The notes: generated by a model from the letters alone, not told the origin. A stretch of DNA of 64,000 nt from Ginglymostoma cirratum (GCA_024137785.1 JAHRHZ010000019.1:26096327-26160326), one strand, 5' to 3'; positions 36,935-51,080 are shown, counted from the stretch's first letter. A program made the numbers and translations.

Positions 36935-37031
36935 TAGATAACAAGGTGTGGAGCTGGATGAACACAGCAGGCCAAACAGCATCATAGGAGCAGGAAAGCT
37001 TGACGTTTCGGGCCTAGACCCTTCATCAGAA
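36935..37031 (-). mobile_element. Penelope-like terminal fragment carrying an intact minimal hammerhead core
   Basis: Same family as 36141. Reverse complement TTCTGATGAAGGGTCTAGGCCCGAAACGTCAAG. Confidence 0.85.
36999..37031 (-). ncRNA. Minimal type I hammerhead ribozyme motif
   Basis: CUGAUGA, helix II (GGGUC/GGCCC with UA loop), GAAA, self-complementary ACGU helix III, GUC cleavage triplet. Helix I is only 2-3 bp here, so activity is uncertain. Confidence 0.65.
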
Positions 37032-37904
37032 TTCTCTTTGGAGGCCGGTGGGGCTCAGAGAAGTCCTGGGAGCTGTTAGGTACAGATAAAATTTGGGAAC
37101 AAGGCTTAGGAGGAGCCAGAAAGCTATTCAATGTAATTGGGACTCAAAAGAAGCTATCAAAAGCTGGGAAGGGAATTGAACGTTGCTGGCTCCATGCAAT
37201 GATGTTCTCCTCAGTATGTCTAATGAACTGGGATTATGCCCAAGAATCAGTGATCGGGAATATCGGGTGACACAATCTCAGATGAACAGATTGAGCCACT
37301 GGGAGGTGAACAAGTGGACTGGAGTGGCGTCTGAGAGAAATTTGAGGCTGAATACTTGTCCATAAAGAATTGCAATCCATCAAGTGGAAGACAGAGTGTT
37401 AACAAACTTACTTTGTAACTCACAGTGATTCCAGTTGCTGGGTGACTCTGAAAAATCCAGAAGATCTTTCTTTATTACATCTGACATTTGATGTCCAATT
37501 AGGCATTTCTGACTACCGATTTCAGTTATTTCAGATTCACCTAATGTTAATTCTGGATATTACTGTATAAAATAGACATTGCACATTGTTTATCTTCCTG
37601 ACTTTGTGTAATCACATTTCTGTTGTATGTTTTGAAACCACAGGATCTTGTGGTTCTATTTTCTTAGGGTGAGAAATTTTGTCTGCTTGTAAACAAAATG
37701 TTATTGGTCTCTAACCAGATCATAACCAAATTTAGGGGTCTAGCCTGGAATTACAGCAACAGCTGTGGAGAATACATGGGAATTGTTGCCGTATGGCAGT
37801 GTAGTGTGGCATCCGTCATATGGGACATTAAATGGAATATGGATTTGGTAGGGATAAGAGGGCATGGAATGGCATTGGAAATCTGTGGGTGCTCATGTGA
37901 CACA

Positions 37905-38140
37905 TGAAATAACTCCATTGAGGCCAGTATTCCGTCAGCAAGTCATCCTTTATTTACACATGGAGAGTCCTTGACACTGATCCAGCTCCCTCAGAGCCAG
38001 CTCTCAGAGTGACCAGAATCTCTGACACTTTTGTTTATATCTGTCAGCAAGGGCTCTATGTTTGGATGATATTAACAGCCCCAATCAGGGAACTCGTACT
38101 CTATGAGGTCTACCTGGCTGACCTCATTACAATCACTACA
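37905..38140 (-). mobile_element. Solo LTR, 236 bp (probably Ty3/gypsy)
   Basis: Minus strand TGTAGTG...TTATTTCA termini with TATAAA and AATAAA inside. Second copy at 24725-24931. No clear TSD. Confidence 0.75.
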
Positions 38141-39194
38141 AAGTGGGACACCTGAAGAGGCATGTTGGGGCATGGGGGTGGTTAGGTGGTAAGTTCAGGC
38201 TGAGAGGAAATGGAGGTAACACAGATGATAAAGGGTCGCATAAGAAATCTGAGGGGGAATGAGTGGTATGAGGGTGCATGGGGTGAGGGGTCATGGAGGT
38301 GATATGAACATTCTGAGGGGAGCATGGGCTTGCAGCGGCCATCTCAAGATATGGGGTGGCATGCTTGATGGTTAGGGGGTGAGGTTCAATGACCTTTAAA
38401 TAATGTTTGGAATTGCCTGCTGTGTAGGAGAACCAGGACGGGCCTTCTAATGTGTTTGCCTCCACACTTCTCATGCAGTCCATTGCAGTTTATAAAACAC
38501 ACTGTTAGAAGATAAATCACCTGCATAAAATCACATAAAGATTGGGAGCACATGATGCAAAAATGTGAAGGTTGGGTTTTCCCAGGGTCAGTCAAAAACC
38601 AAGGTCCAAAACTCTGCGGTCTAATGAGAAAAAAGAGCGCTGAATTGGATGCATTATTATGTATTGGCTAAATGCATGAAAATAGGCCAAGCTTCTTAAT
38701 TTATAATTATCTAGAGACCATCTAATCATTTTCAATGACTGCCATTGACCTTTGAGATTTACCTTAGCAAACAGAAGAGTTCAGTTTCATATCACAAATT
38801 AAGACAGCAATTCTAACCAGTACCAGGCTAATGTATTCACCTAGACTGTATGCTCAAGCTTTTGAGTGATGCTTGAACACACAACCTTCTTGATCATACA
38901 CAAGAATACAACCTACTGAACTGAACTGACAGAGCCAAAATTTTCAAAGGACTACAGGGTCAGGACATAGTGCAGGCAGGATTTAAAAATCACAATTCCA
39001 GATGTTGCCTGATGCCTCTAGGAGAGATTTGAATTTACAAAGGACCAGTGGAGAATGACCTGGTGGGGGGTGGAGGTGGAGGGGGTGGGTGGGGATTGTT
39101 GTTGGTAATGGGACAGGAAATAGGGAAGACTTTAGTTGCCACATAATGGCTCCTTAAAGTACTCGTTAATATGTCAACTAATTGTCCAATGCAT

Positions 39195-39520
39195 TTATTG
39201 CATTCTTTCACGGGATGTGGGTACTGCTAGTAGATAAATATTTGTTGTCCATCATTAATTGCCCTTGAATTGGTAAGATTAGCTAGGCTGCTTCAGAAGA
39301 CATTTAAGTGTAAACCACAGAAAGGACAGGTTGGGTGAAGGTAGCAGATTTAGTAAGGATATTAGTGAATCTGAATTTTTTCACAACAGGTTGTCATTGT
39401 TACCACTACTGAGACAAGCTTCTTTTCCATATTCATTAATTGAATTGAAATTCCACTGCATTTGAGCCCATATCCCAAGAACGTTCGCCCAGGCCTCTGG
39501 ATTATGACACCACAGTCTCT
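39195..39520 (-). mobile_element. Degenerate repeat related to 4900-5095
   Basis: attctttcacgggatgtgggtactgctag...ttaattgcccttgaattgg shared with that family. Confidence 0.55.
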
Positions 39521-41182
39521 CTTAACTTTCATCGCTTTTCCCAATGAACTCAAAGTTACCTGTGCACATCAGTGTCCGGTGTCTAAAACTGTCCAATTCA
39601 TTGTGGGACCCAAATAAATTTCTTCTCAGCTATCTTGGAAATAATTCGGTGGAGCCAACATCTGATGGCACATCTGATGGCCTTGTCATAAAAGGTCACT
39701 ATCCACTGCACTCCACCTCAATGGCCACCACGGGAGCTGTCTGCTCTTATCAGCAAAACAGAGACTCCTAACATGACTATTCTGTGCCTTTGCCACTGAT
39801 GCCAGCTAGGCATCTCCTGCCTCTTGGAGACAGCGAACCACTGTATTATGGCATCAAACACTCCTCCCTTTGGGCAATTTACAATCAAATGTTGTTTTGC
39901 AAGAGGTGCACAACCCCAGACATGGGATTGGAATCTGGAATTCATCCAGTTATCAGGCAGCAAAGCATATTGTGTAATCCACACCATTCCATTCTTTTAC
40001 CGTACATATACTCATTTGGATATCTTTGAGTGCTCTTCTTTTTCTGGATGTACTTGTAGGAAATTTATCACAACATTTTAAGTTAGATGAATATATTAGA
40101 TCTCTAACTTCTGTAATACTCAGTGTCACACAGGTTTACAGAGAGATGAACGATAAGAATAGCAATATTTTAGTCATTGGATAATTTACTTGCAAGGCCT
40201 TCAGTTTTAGAATTCTTTCATTTGCATAGTTTACATGTTGTTGTACTGTTGCTTAAACAAACAACTTCAGAAATTGGGAAGCATTTGCACTCAGACTAAC
40301 AGTGCATGGATACTTGCCATACTTTAAAAATGAAAGATTAGATGACAGGAACAATTTAGGCTGAAACTTATATGGTCAGGTTCATATAAAGTGGATATAG
40401 AAAAGTCATACCTGCAACCTTAGGACATATTTATTCATGTTTATTTCATATCATACTGATTGCAGCAACTTTTGTCAATCAGACTATCACCAGACCGAAC
40501 ACCTCAGGCATTCAACTGCTTGAAGTTGGCAGTGGTGAGTAAGTGTTAGGTGTGTTAATGAAGTGGCTGTGGGGAGATTTGTTAACCATCTTAGCTATAT
40601 CTATGGATAAAGTCTAAATAGAAATGAGTTTCTTATAGTGGAGAATTACATCAGGCCACCTTTTGTGGAAAAAAACTAATACAAAACATTTTTGTGAATA
40701 AGTGGAAAAAGTTAATAGAACAGTATTAGTTCAAATTTATACTGATCTCTACAATAAATCACAGAATTTGTTTATAATCACACCCACTACCACAGAGAGT
40801 AGTGGAGACATGGAAACATGTCAATGCAAACAAGAGATCCAATGGTGTTAATAGCTGTGATTCACGTTTACGTGACTGATGATGTAGAGAACAACAAAAT
40901 AAAATTATAGAAAATGACAATGGACTAGGGAATAATGAAACTGAGCTCATGGAGCATGGTTTTTAACTGTGGTAAGGTGAAATTGTCATTAAGCTCTCAG
41001 TGAATCAGAGAAGCTGGGATGCCCGAATGATGTCAAACACATCCCAAAGAATGGACTTGCAGTTGTCTGAATTCATCAAGCATTTATTATGCATGTCACA
41101 AGATTGTACCAGTAGTTTTTAATCTATAAACTGTAATTTCAACCACTAACATTACCAGTTTCTCTAAAAATGCCCTCATATT

Positions 41183-41498
41183 GGGGCGGCACAGTGGCTC
41201 AGTGGTTAGCACTGCTGCCTCACAGTGCCAGGGACCTGGGTTCAATTCGCAGCCTCAGGTGACTGTCTGTGTGGAGTTTGCACATTCTCCACATGTCTGC
41301 ATGGGATTCCTCTGGGTGCTCCAGTTTCCTCCCACAGTCCAAAGATGTGCAGGCTAGGTGGATTGGCCACGCTAAATTGCCCATAGTGTTCAGGGGTGTG
41401 TGGGTTATAGGGGGGACGGGTCTGGGTGGGATGCTCCAAGGGTCAGTGTGGACTTGTTCGGCTGAAGGGCCTGTTTCCACACTGTAGGGATTCTAATG
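41183..41498 (+). mobile_element. HE1 SINE, full length
   Basis: ggggcggcacagtggctcagtggttagc (A box), gggttcaattc (B box), HER1-like tail. Possible TSD ATATT (41178-41182 / 41499-41503). Confidence 0.95.
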
Positions 41499-42779
41499 AT
41501 ATTTTTATTGGGCAAGAACATGAAACAGATCAAAGTAATAAAAAAAGCCATTTATGATGTCTTTACATCAATATTGCCTATCAGATTGTATGCATTGACC
41601 AAAAATGTGCAAATGCTCTCTGCATGTGGTAAAGGAGCAGGAAACATTTATTAAAGGTCTTCAATGGATTAGGGACAAGAAAATCAGCCTGACAACATTA
41701 TTGATCACATATAGATAATATGGAATTACCATATTTTCACAGGCCACTGATTAGTGTGAAATAACAAATGGATATCATTGTTTTAAGATAAACTACATAT
41801 CACGTAATAGTACCATAAACATGCGATGGAGGACAATTTTCGCAGTAATTCTCTTGTCTGTCCGCCGTAATAAGAAAAGGCCATTTGTTGAAGAAGAAAG
41901 CAATGCATGCATTTATAAAACACTTCTCACAATCTCAGGGTGTCCTTAAGCACCCTACAGCCAGTCATGTACTTCTCTGAAGTGTAGTTACTATTGTAAT
42001 TCAGGAAACGTCGTTAGATGGGTAATGGTTCCCGCATCACAATTGTACCAGGCTGACATATTATTGTGACATATATATGCCTCAAATAAACTACAAAGCA
42101 TTATCACTGTAAAATAAATGATGCCCTGCATATTAATATTTGACATTATGAAGACTTGAAATAATAGTTATTACTTTATTCACCGTTGATTATTTCATAA
42201 CAATCACATCATTGCGATTTTCCTTAAGCAGCATGATGAGTTATGTGTAATAGATTAGCTTGTAATTTCAGCATTTTGCATTCAGAAATGAACAAGCTGT
42301 TATGGACGAGAGTGGATGAAAAGGTTACAGCTCAACCACTTAGGAGATTCATCACAATTTTTATGATCTATTGAAATTAGATGGACATATTTCAGAAAAG
42401 GATAATATTTGCCTGAACTCTTTGACTGTATATGCAGCAAGTATTATATTTTGCTACTCTGGAGGGCCATATGCAGTGCAGTAAATTATTGCAGTTATCC
42501 TCAAGCTATTTTTTGTTGAAAGACCCCTTTCACTTAATACCCCCCATCTCAGTTCTAATAATACGTAATACTCATAATGTGAAAATGATGCAGTGTATTT
42601 TAATGATGCTTTTCAGGAAACAGGTATTTAGTCACAGATACCAGTGATAGGGGCATGTCTGGTCCTCAATGGAGAGTTTGTCTATGCCTATCTACTCCCT
42701 TCCTTGTTGAGACAGCTAATCCACTCTGCAGTACACATGCGGGTCATGCTCCATTCATGTCACCTAGCTTTCATTTCAC

Positions 42780-42851
42780 ATTATTTCACAGACTTTATGG
42801 AAAATCACTACAGACCCCTAAGAAAACGTGGATTCCAGTTTGAGAACCACT
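42780..42851. mobile_element. Possible hAT-Charlie terminal remnant
   Basis: cagacccc...cagtttgagaaccact resembles the reverse complement of the CAGTGGTTCTCAAAC TIR. No partner TIR found. Confidence 0.35.
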
Positions 42852-43545
42852 AACCGATTATGAACCAAGATGAGTCAGGTCAGCAAAATTACCTTTTGTT
42901 TGCCTCATATTCTCCTGAAATCCATTTCAGTCAGTTCCACACTGAAAGACATCCTTTGTGAAAATATAATTGACCAGTTTCTGAACAGAAATCAATACTC
43001 ATCAGTGGGAAAATTCATTAAAAACGTTATTAGACTAAAATAACAATTAACACACATTAACTGTTGCAGAAAGTGCAAGTTTTGCTGGCAGAATCCAGAT
43101 TAGAGGTATGGGTAAAGAAGCTATTCCTACTTCTCTCCTTCTCACAATTTCCACCTGCTTTCATAGCCACTTACATGGCTATTGGTTTCACTGTATAATA
43201 CAAGAGAGTTAATGTACATAAATATTTTATCCATTGGAAATCACAATATTATTTGGCCCTGATGTTATGTTATTAGGCTCTAATTTTTTTGCAGAAATAG
43301 CAATAATAAAGTTGAATTAGCTTATGGAAGGCCCTACCCCTAAATTTATTAGGTTACTGGTGCATAGAAATTTGTCCAATTTTGTTTGCAGTAAATTTGG
43401 TGAGTATGAAACGTATAGTTAGTAGCTTTTAGAAGCTTTCCATTAAAGGATGAAAAAGGGGGACTAATCCATTATTGTTACTGCTGATATAGGAAAGAAG
43501 CTGAATATTCATAGTGCATAGGCAACATTGCACTGTCTATGGGCC

Positions 43546-43562
43546 TGCAGTAGGTGGCAGTC
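43546..43562 (+). promoter_or_regulatory. CTCF-like motif
   Basis: tGCAGTAGGTGGCAGtc, one core mismatch to CCAGTAGGTGGCAG. Confidence 0.4.
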
Positions 43563-43702
43563 TTAATCAACACTCAGTCACAGAGAGGATTAAAGAGTCA
43601 ATAAGACTTTCCAACTAGTCATAAATTCATAACAAATTCCTGATTATCTGATATAAAAAGCATGCAAGAAGATTAATAAATCCAGAAATTTTTCTCAAGC
43701 TT

Positions 43703-45250
43703 TTTTTTCATTTATTCGTGGGGTATAGGCATTGTTGGCTGGCCAGCATTTGTTGCCTAGCTCTCGTTGCCCTTCAGAAGGTAGTGGTGAGCTGCCTTCT
43801 TGAACCACTGCAGTCCACATGCTGTAGATTGATCTACAATGTCCTTAGGTAGGGAAATCCAGGATTTTAACCCACTGACACTGAAAGAAAGGCAATATAT
43901 TTCCATGTCAGGATGGTGAGTGGCTTGGAGGGGAGCTTGCAGGTTGTGGTTCCTGTTCCCAGGAATCTCCTGCCCTTGTCCTTCTAAATGGAAGTTGTCA
44001 TGGGTTTGGAAGATGTTGCCGAAGCAGCCTTGAAGAATTTCTTCAGTGCATCTTGCAGATAGCATATAGCGCTGCTGCTGAACATTTTTGATGGAGGAAG
44101 TGAATGTGTGTGGATGTAGTGCCAATCAAGCAGGCTGCTTTGTCCTAGAAGGTGTCAAGCTTCTTGAGTGTTGTTGGAGCTACACTCATCCAGGCAAGTG
44201 GGGAGCATTCCATCACACTCCTGACATGTGCCTTATAGATGGTGGACAGGCTTTGGGAAGTCAGCAGTTGAGTTATTCACTGCAGTATTCCTAGCCTATG
44301 ACCTGCTCTTATACACATTGTATTTATGTGGTCAGTCAATAGTAACCCCAAGGATGTTAATAGTAGAGGATTCAGTGATGCTAACACCATTAAATATCAA
44401 GGACCAGTGGTTAGAATGTCTCTTATTGGAAATGGTCATTGCTTAACATTTTTGTCACGCAAATATCACATCCACTTGTTAGCCCAAGCCTAGATATTGT
44501 CCAGATGTTGTTGCATTTGTACAAAGACTGCTTCAGTTTCTGAGGAATTGTGAAAGGTGCCATCGTTGGCAAACCTCCCCACTTCTGACATTATTATGGA
44601 GGGAAGGTCATTGATGAAGTAGCTGAAAATGTTTGGGATTAGGACAATATCCTGAGAAACTGTTACATAGATGTCCTGGAGTTGAGATGACCGACCTCCA
44701 ACAAACACTACCATTTTCCTATCTGTCAAGTACGAATCCAACCAGTGGACAGTTTGCCACTTGATACCCATTGATTCTAGTTTTGCTGGGGCTCCTTGGT
44801 GCCACATTTGGTTGAATGTGACCTTGATATAAGGGCTGTTACTCTCACCTTGCCTCTGGAATTCAGTTCTTTTGTCCATGTTTGAACCAAGGCTGTAATG
44901 AGGTCAGGAGCTGAGTGGCCCTGGCGGAACCCAACAGGGCATCACTGAGCAGGTTATTGCTGAGCAGGCGCTGCTTGATAGCACTTCGTTGACACTTTCC
45001 ATCATTTTATCGATGATCAAAAGTATACCTAGACCTGTCTATCACTTGCTGTTTATGCTGTTTGTCATGTAACTAGGCCTATTTGTTAGCTTCACCAGAT
45101 TGACACGACATTTTAAGATCTGCCTGGTGCTGCTCCAGACATGCCCCCCTGCACTCTTCATTGAACCAGGGTTGATCCCCTGGCTAATGACTGAGTCAGG
45201 TACATGCTAATTCATGAGGTGCAGATTGTATTGGAGTACAATTCTGATAT
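43703..45250 (-). mobile_element. CR1-group LINE RT and 3' end, degenerate
   Basis: ORF 44490..44879 WHQGAPAKLESMGI...WLDSYLTDRKMVVFVGGRSS...FINDLPSIIMSEVGRFAND (RT domains 3-5). ORF 43757..44125 ends GLQWFKKAAHHYLLKG. Confidence 0.9.
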
Positions 45251-47929
45251 TCCTAGTCTTTAAAGGGGAGGTTTCAATTGTAGTACAAAGGTAAATTCCT
45301 TTTGTCCAAAGATGGGCAACAACTGATTTCTTGTACACTAAACAATTCTGCAGGACTGTATCAGAGGAAGGTACTGAAACTCATACTCTGGTAAAGACAA
45401 ATCGTATAGAGGGATGTCAACAAGCATCTTATTCATCAGAACAAGGTCTTCTATGTCTGCAAATGAGGTACTAATTTGTGAGTATCTGAATCACGGTGAA
45501 TGGTAAGCCTACTCCTCAGTTTTTCACATATTCTCAAGGACCCCAGTAACCGTAACTTGCATGCTTTGAGATACCCTACTAAAACCAGCACATACTACCT
45601 GCAGAACGTTGTATGTCCTATTCATCTGCTACATTAATACAGTTCAAAGATTTCCATTTGAAAACAATGTTTGCTTTATAATGTCATGCATTGTTAACTG
45701 TCCATGCCTTTATTTCCTGTGGTTTCATGAAACCTTGATGGTCTGATTCTGATTAATTGTGATGAATTTTACAAGGTGAATTACAAGCCTTTTATTATTT
45801 CATCTTTCTCAGTAATAATTTATATGAATAGCTATAAACTCCTGAAGGCATTCCTTCATGACCAGAGTTAATCAATTCTCATGAGGATTCGGGGTACTGC
45901 AACAATTAGCATGAATATTGGTGGTCCAGCATCTTTTTGGGTTTTATGTGATTTCACCAAACAGCTCTAACCAGAAGCTATGAAATGTGCAACAGTTGTG
46001 GAGTAATGACTTAACAGCATATGTCTAAGAGATCATGATAATAACAATGATGTAAGGTCACACAACTAGATAGGGAGCATGTCAAAAGTGACCTCAAAGA
46101 GGAAGCATTCTGAGCTTGTTTGGAACTCTGACTGTATTTATACAATGTCTCTAAATAAAGTTTCTTGTTTGTAATAAACACAAACTATAGCAGGGTCATT
46201 TGAATGACAATCAGGCTCCTTATCACACTGATGACAAGATGAATCAAGATTTGTTCCTGTTCAACCACCTCCTTTCCTTTTTGCTCTGCAGCTGTTGAAT
46301 TTCTTCGGATCGAGCACCAGGACTTGTTGTATCCAAATTATGGTCAAAAATGTAAATCTACCATGTAACACAGGTTGGAGTTCAACTAGAGCATTATATT
46401 CTGGAGAAGTCCAAAACAAGAATTCAAACATGTTAAATAAATACGACTGAAGCCAATAAAGAACTCAGGAGAAACTTCTTTGTCAAGAGAATAGTTAAGA
46501 ATGTGGAATTTGCTACCATATTGAAGAATTGAGGCAAATAGCATAGAGATATTCCAGAGGAATGGTCAAATGATGAAGAACGAGAAAATAACTCAAATTT
46601 TCTAATTCGTGTCAGAAATCCTCTTTCTGACATTGATCACACAAAAACATTGCACACTTACCTTATCCAATTTTTCTGGCCAATCTTCAGATGGAGCGTC
46701 CTGTTGAAGTCAGTCAGCAATGCAGCAATGAAAACATTGGCCATCAGGTAAGGAAATCCATGCAGAAGCCATGTCACTTTTTACAGCACTAGCTGCCAGA
46801 TTCTGGTAAGTGTTCATACGCACACTGAAAAGATATTCAACATTAAAACAATTTTAAAGTGTGTTAATGAATGAATGTGGCTGAGTGAATTACCTTATGA
46901 GTAAATGGGTAAATGGGTGAATAGGTAGGTGTGTGAGTGGATAGGGTGGATGAGGAGGTCAGTGCGATGGGTGAGCTACATGTGTTTGACAGTAGAATAG
47001 ATGGGATAAGTGCATTGGAGGGTAAGATGAGTGAAGAAAAGAGGTAAGGTTGGTGTGGGAAGTGGGGATGGAGGTAGGATGGCATATGTATGGATGACAA
47101 CAGTCTAGGTTGAAAGGTGAGAAGGATAGCAATGTGATAGGTGGATAAGGTGGCAACTGGCCCAAGTGGGTGAATTGAGTAGTCAAGGTTCAGATTGGGT
47201 CAAAGAGAATCAAGAGGTGTAAGGGTACATGCAGTCAGTTGTACAGTTACCCAAGAGTTAGTCTAGGATATGTCTATCTAATATTTCCTGAGTATCTACC
47301 AGGTTGGCAGATCTGGCCTGTCTAAAGTCTCTGGCTTTTACTCAGAGACATCTTTTCACAGTGGAACAGTAGAATAGGCTATTCAATCTTTCTGGGCAAT
47401 TCCCACAGAGGCAGTTCACCAGATGTCTGAGGTCAATATGCATCATTGGTCATACATCGGGTCTCTGACCATTCAGAGACTGAAAGATCTGTGCAATAAG
47501 ATATGCTGCTCAGTTTAACTGAAATAGTGGGACAAAGCCTGTCTGGAGCATTAGAGACAGGCAAACTGGGTTAAATAGTTTGTCCCTGTGCTCTAAATTC
47601 TATGCAATTCTAATCAATTCAGCATAAACTCTGTCATTGTCTGAAAGTTAGATGATCATTTTTGAATTAGTAGGAGGTTGCTGAGGGACATTAAACAAAT
47701 GCCAAGGTTTGCCACTCAAGGTGCTCCTCTGCAGTTAGCAGTTTTCTTACTGGCTTGGCAGGCATGGATTCTGAGATTAGTCATAGTCTCCTCAAAACCA
47801 TCCTCCTAGCATTTCACCTTTTTCAAAAAAAGGTGGCATTATGGACAATTACACTAGGAAGGTACTTCAATAACTTCTTGGATGGTCGTCACTGAATCAT
47901 ATCTATTTTCCACACAAACTGTTCGGCGA

Positions 47930-48157
47930 TTTCCTGCACACCTTTGAAACAGGTGGGACTTGAACCCAGGTCTCCTAATCCAGAGGTAGGGACACAGCCA
48001 CAGCTTTTTTAGTTGTTGACTCATTTTTAAAAATTTAATCTATTTTTCTAATCACCCTGTTCAGAGATGTTATCACACAACGCTGGAGCAGCTGGGACTT
48101 GAATGTGGGCCTTTCAGTAGCAAGGTAGGGACACTATCACCGCACCACAAGAGCCCT
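47930..48157 (-). mobile_element. Two adjacent copies of a short tRNA-derived SINE head
   Basis: gggacttgaa...ggtagggacac occurs twice (47955-47995, 48093-48134). Reverse complement begins gggctcttgtggtgcggtgatagtgtccctacc with A/B-box-like motifs. Confidence 0.6.
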
Positions 48158-48305
48158 TTTAGTCATTATATCAATTTGGCATTGCCATACACATAACACC
48201 TGCACATTAATTGATTACAAGTCCTTTACACTCACTTAGTTCATTGGACTTACATGAAAAGATCTGATGGTACATATTTTGATTGCTTTTGGAGGAATGA
48301 TATTA

Positions 48306-48515
48306 TCCAAAGATATGCAGTTTAGGTAGACTGGCCATGCTAAATTGGCCATAATGTCCAGGAATATGTAGGTTAAGTAGATTAGCCATAGGGAATGCAG
48401 GATTGCAGGGATAGGGTAGGAGGTGGGTCTGGGAGGGATGTTCTTTGGAGGGTCAGTGTGACTTGATGGGTCAAATGGCCTGCTTCCACACTATAGAGAT
48501 TCTATGATTCTGTGA
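48306..48515 (+). mobile_element. HE1 SINE, 5'-truncated
   Basis: tccaaagatatgcagtttagg...gattctatgattctgtga. Confidence 0.88.
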
Positions 48516-50694
48516 CTTCACACAGTATTCCCTGTTCAGCTGATGGATACTTCCTGTAGGTAAAGTAATTAAAGATTTGCCTCTTAGAAACATAAGTATA
48601 CAAAACTGCTGATTGCTCAATGTGGCAAATGTCCCTGCAGGTGTTTGCGGAGCTCAGATAACATAGGATATTCAGACTGTGGTAATATCAACTGTAAAAC
48701 ATTGTGTGGAAGATGGGCCATTCTGGCACCTTCTGTTTTGTGAAACAAAATTGACATAAGTATGATTCTGCTGACACATTCGGTACATGTGGAAAGATCT
48801 ATCCATTCAGATTGCTGAGCAGAATGCATGCCAACAAATCCTTAATGTGTCAATGCCTTTTTTGAATTTTTTATATCTACCTGAACAAAAAGATAGGAAC
48901 ATTACTTATCTTCCTATCTGCAAGACAACATTCTGATAATGCAGCAACTTTCATTACTACACTTTTATTCCACTGAAATGTCAGCCTAAATTTTATACTC
49001 ATAACCTTCTGATTCAAAGCTAAGCAGATACTTTACATCTCAGAGGGTCACTCAGAGAAGTATACGCTTAAAAACATACTTTTTAACAGCTTATAAACAG
49101 AACTTGCCTTAAAATTCTTGATGTCACTCAAAAATATTTTATAACCAATAATACAGGGAAGGAAAGCAGCCCATTTGTACTGAGCAACATTGCACAAACA
49201 ATAGAATAATAACTAGGCAATGCTGTTTTTTAAGGGATAACTATCAAATATTTCCAGACAGAACCCTTCACTTCTTCAAATACTGCCATAGAATTTTTAT
49301 ATTCACCAGAGAGGTCAGGATCTCTGCTTAAAGTTTAATTCAAATCCAACAGTGTGGCACTCCTTCAATATTACATAAGAAGTAATGTAAATTGTATTCT
49401 CAAGTTTCTGGAGTGGGTTTTTAACCTACAATTTTGATCAGAGGCACAAGTGTTAATCTGGCTGGTTCAGTGATAGAGGTCCCAGCAGAAACATTCCAGC
49501 GCTAAAATTAAGAAAGAAGAGAGAATAAATGTTCAGAGTTCTGTGATTTGAAACTAACTGCATAAATACGAAGTGACATGCCTTTTCTTTTCATGTATCT
49601 GTTGACGTGTGGAGCCCAGACAAAGGGCTCCATCTGTAGTGCACCAGGACTATTGGGATTTCTGCCAGGCAGCATTTCTGTGTTCTCCTTCATTAATGCT
49701 CCTTTCCATTCACCCATAATAGAGGTGCTTCTCATAGCAAACATGATGTCAAGTGTTTGCTCAAAAGAAGAACGAGGGGCTGATTGGTTCATCTGGCCAA
49801 GATTCCCTCCTGGGAGCCATCAGGATCCTGTTGCATTGATGCTTAACACCAGAGTTACCTTCACAGCAATGGGAGGACTGAAACCAGTCTTTGATGTTTT
49901 TTGTGAACCAGCCAGCAGCCAGTGGTATAACTTGAAAAGGGTACAGAGAGAGACCATATGCTTGATATTCAAAGATAAAATAAAGGGCTGGCTATATATA
50001 CAGGAGAGTTAATCAGACCACCAAATAGTGGAAAGAAATCAAAGAAGAAATCTGCAGTCTTAGTAGGTCATTGAATAGGAGCAACTAAATTATTGTTCTG
50101 AGAGATTTTAGTTATCCACTTATAAGTTGGGAAAGATGCAAGCAAATGGAGATAAGGGAATTTAATTTCTCAAATGTGTAGATGATTCCTTCATCATGTA
50201 CCATGCTAGTAGGTTTATACATAATCTTGTTATGAGCAACAAAATAGATTTGTGCTAAATGTGAGTGAATAGCTTGGGAGTGGTGGCAATAATATACAAT
50301 TCATGATCCAAGTGGAGAGAGGAAAAATTTCAGGATAGGGATTACATTAGGGTGTATTCTGAAAAGGTGAGAAGCAAACTGACTGAGGAGAGGTGGCAGG
50401 AAAAGTTGACATGGAGAGAGTAATGTGGGATGTATTATTGCTAAATATTACAAAGGTTCAGGATAAGTATATATCATTTAAAAAAAGGAAACAACATGTT
50501 ATTTTAGTTTGTGATAGATAAATAGGCAACAAATCATTTAAAATTGAAGAATTGGGCATATGTAGAAATACGTAGCATATGGACATGCTCATAAGAACAA
50601 TAATGAAAACATCACTGAAAATAAAAAGTTAATAGAAGAGATTAAGGAAACCTAAGACGTAGCACAAGGAAAACATCTGAAATGTTACAATGAG

Positions 50695-51080
50695 AGGGGT
50701 GTTCTGATTGAAATTTACAGAATACTGAGAGGCCTGAACAGAGTGGATGGGGAGAAAATGTTTCCACCAGCAGGGCAGTCTAGGACCCAAGGGCACAGCC
50801 TCAGAGTGAAGGGATGACCCTTTAGAACTGAGATGAGGAGAAATTTCTTCAGCCAGTGGGTGGTGAATCTGTGGAACTCATTGCCACAGGAGGCTGTGAA
50901 AGTCAAGTCATTGAATTTATTTAAGACAGAGATAGGTAGGTTCTTGATTAATAAGAGGATCAAGAGCTGCAGGGAGAAGGTAGGAGAATGGGGTTGAGAA
51001 ACAGATCACCTATGATCAAATAGCGCAGAAGACTTGATGGACTGAATGGCTTAATTCTGCTCCTGTATCTTATGGCCTAA
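50695..51080 (+). mobile_element. CR1 LINE 3' end
   Basis: Highly similar to 12685-13057 and 35380-35735. Confidence 0.9.

Noticed and set aside
24725-38140. Two co-oriented LTR copies as ends of one 13-kb LTR retrotransposon
   Set aside because: No PBS, PPT, shared TSD or gypsy coding sequence next to either copy, and they are noticeably diverged. Two independent solo LTRs is simpler.
41183-41260. tRNA gene candidates at SINE heads (also 19865, 52842, 48090)
   Set aside because: A/B boxes run straight into SINE bodies with no complete cloverleaf.
46051-46242. Possible old gypsy LTR (TGT...CA with AATAAA) followed by a PBS-like ctgatgacaagatg
   Set aside because: Single degenerate copy with no partner LTR or coding support. 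Too weak to call.
46864-47220. His/Pro/Ser-rich ORFs on the minus strand
   Set aside because: Products of a purine-rich low-complexity tract, with no splice or domain evidence.
49508-50012. Overlapping 144-aa and 94-aa ORFs
   Set aside because: No recognisable motif or convincing exon boundaries. Length is within chance expectation for 64 kb.
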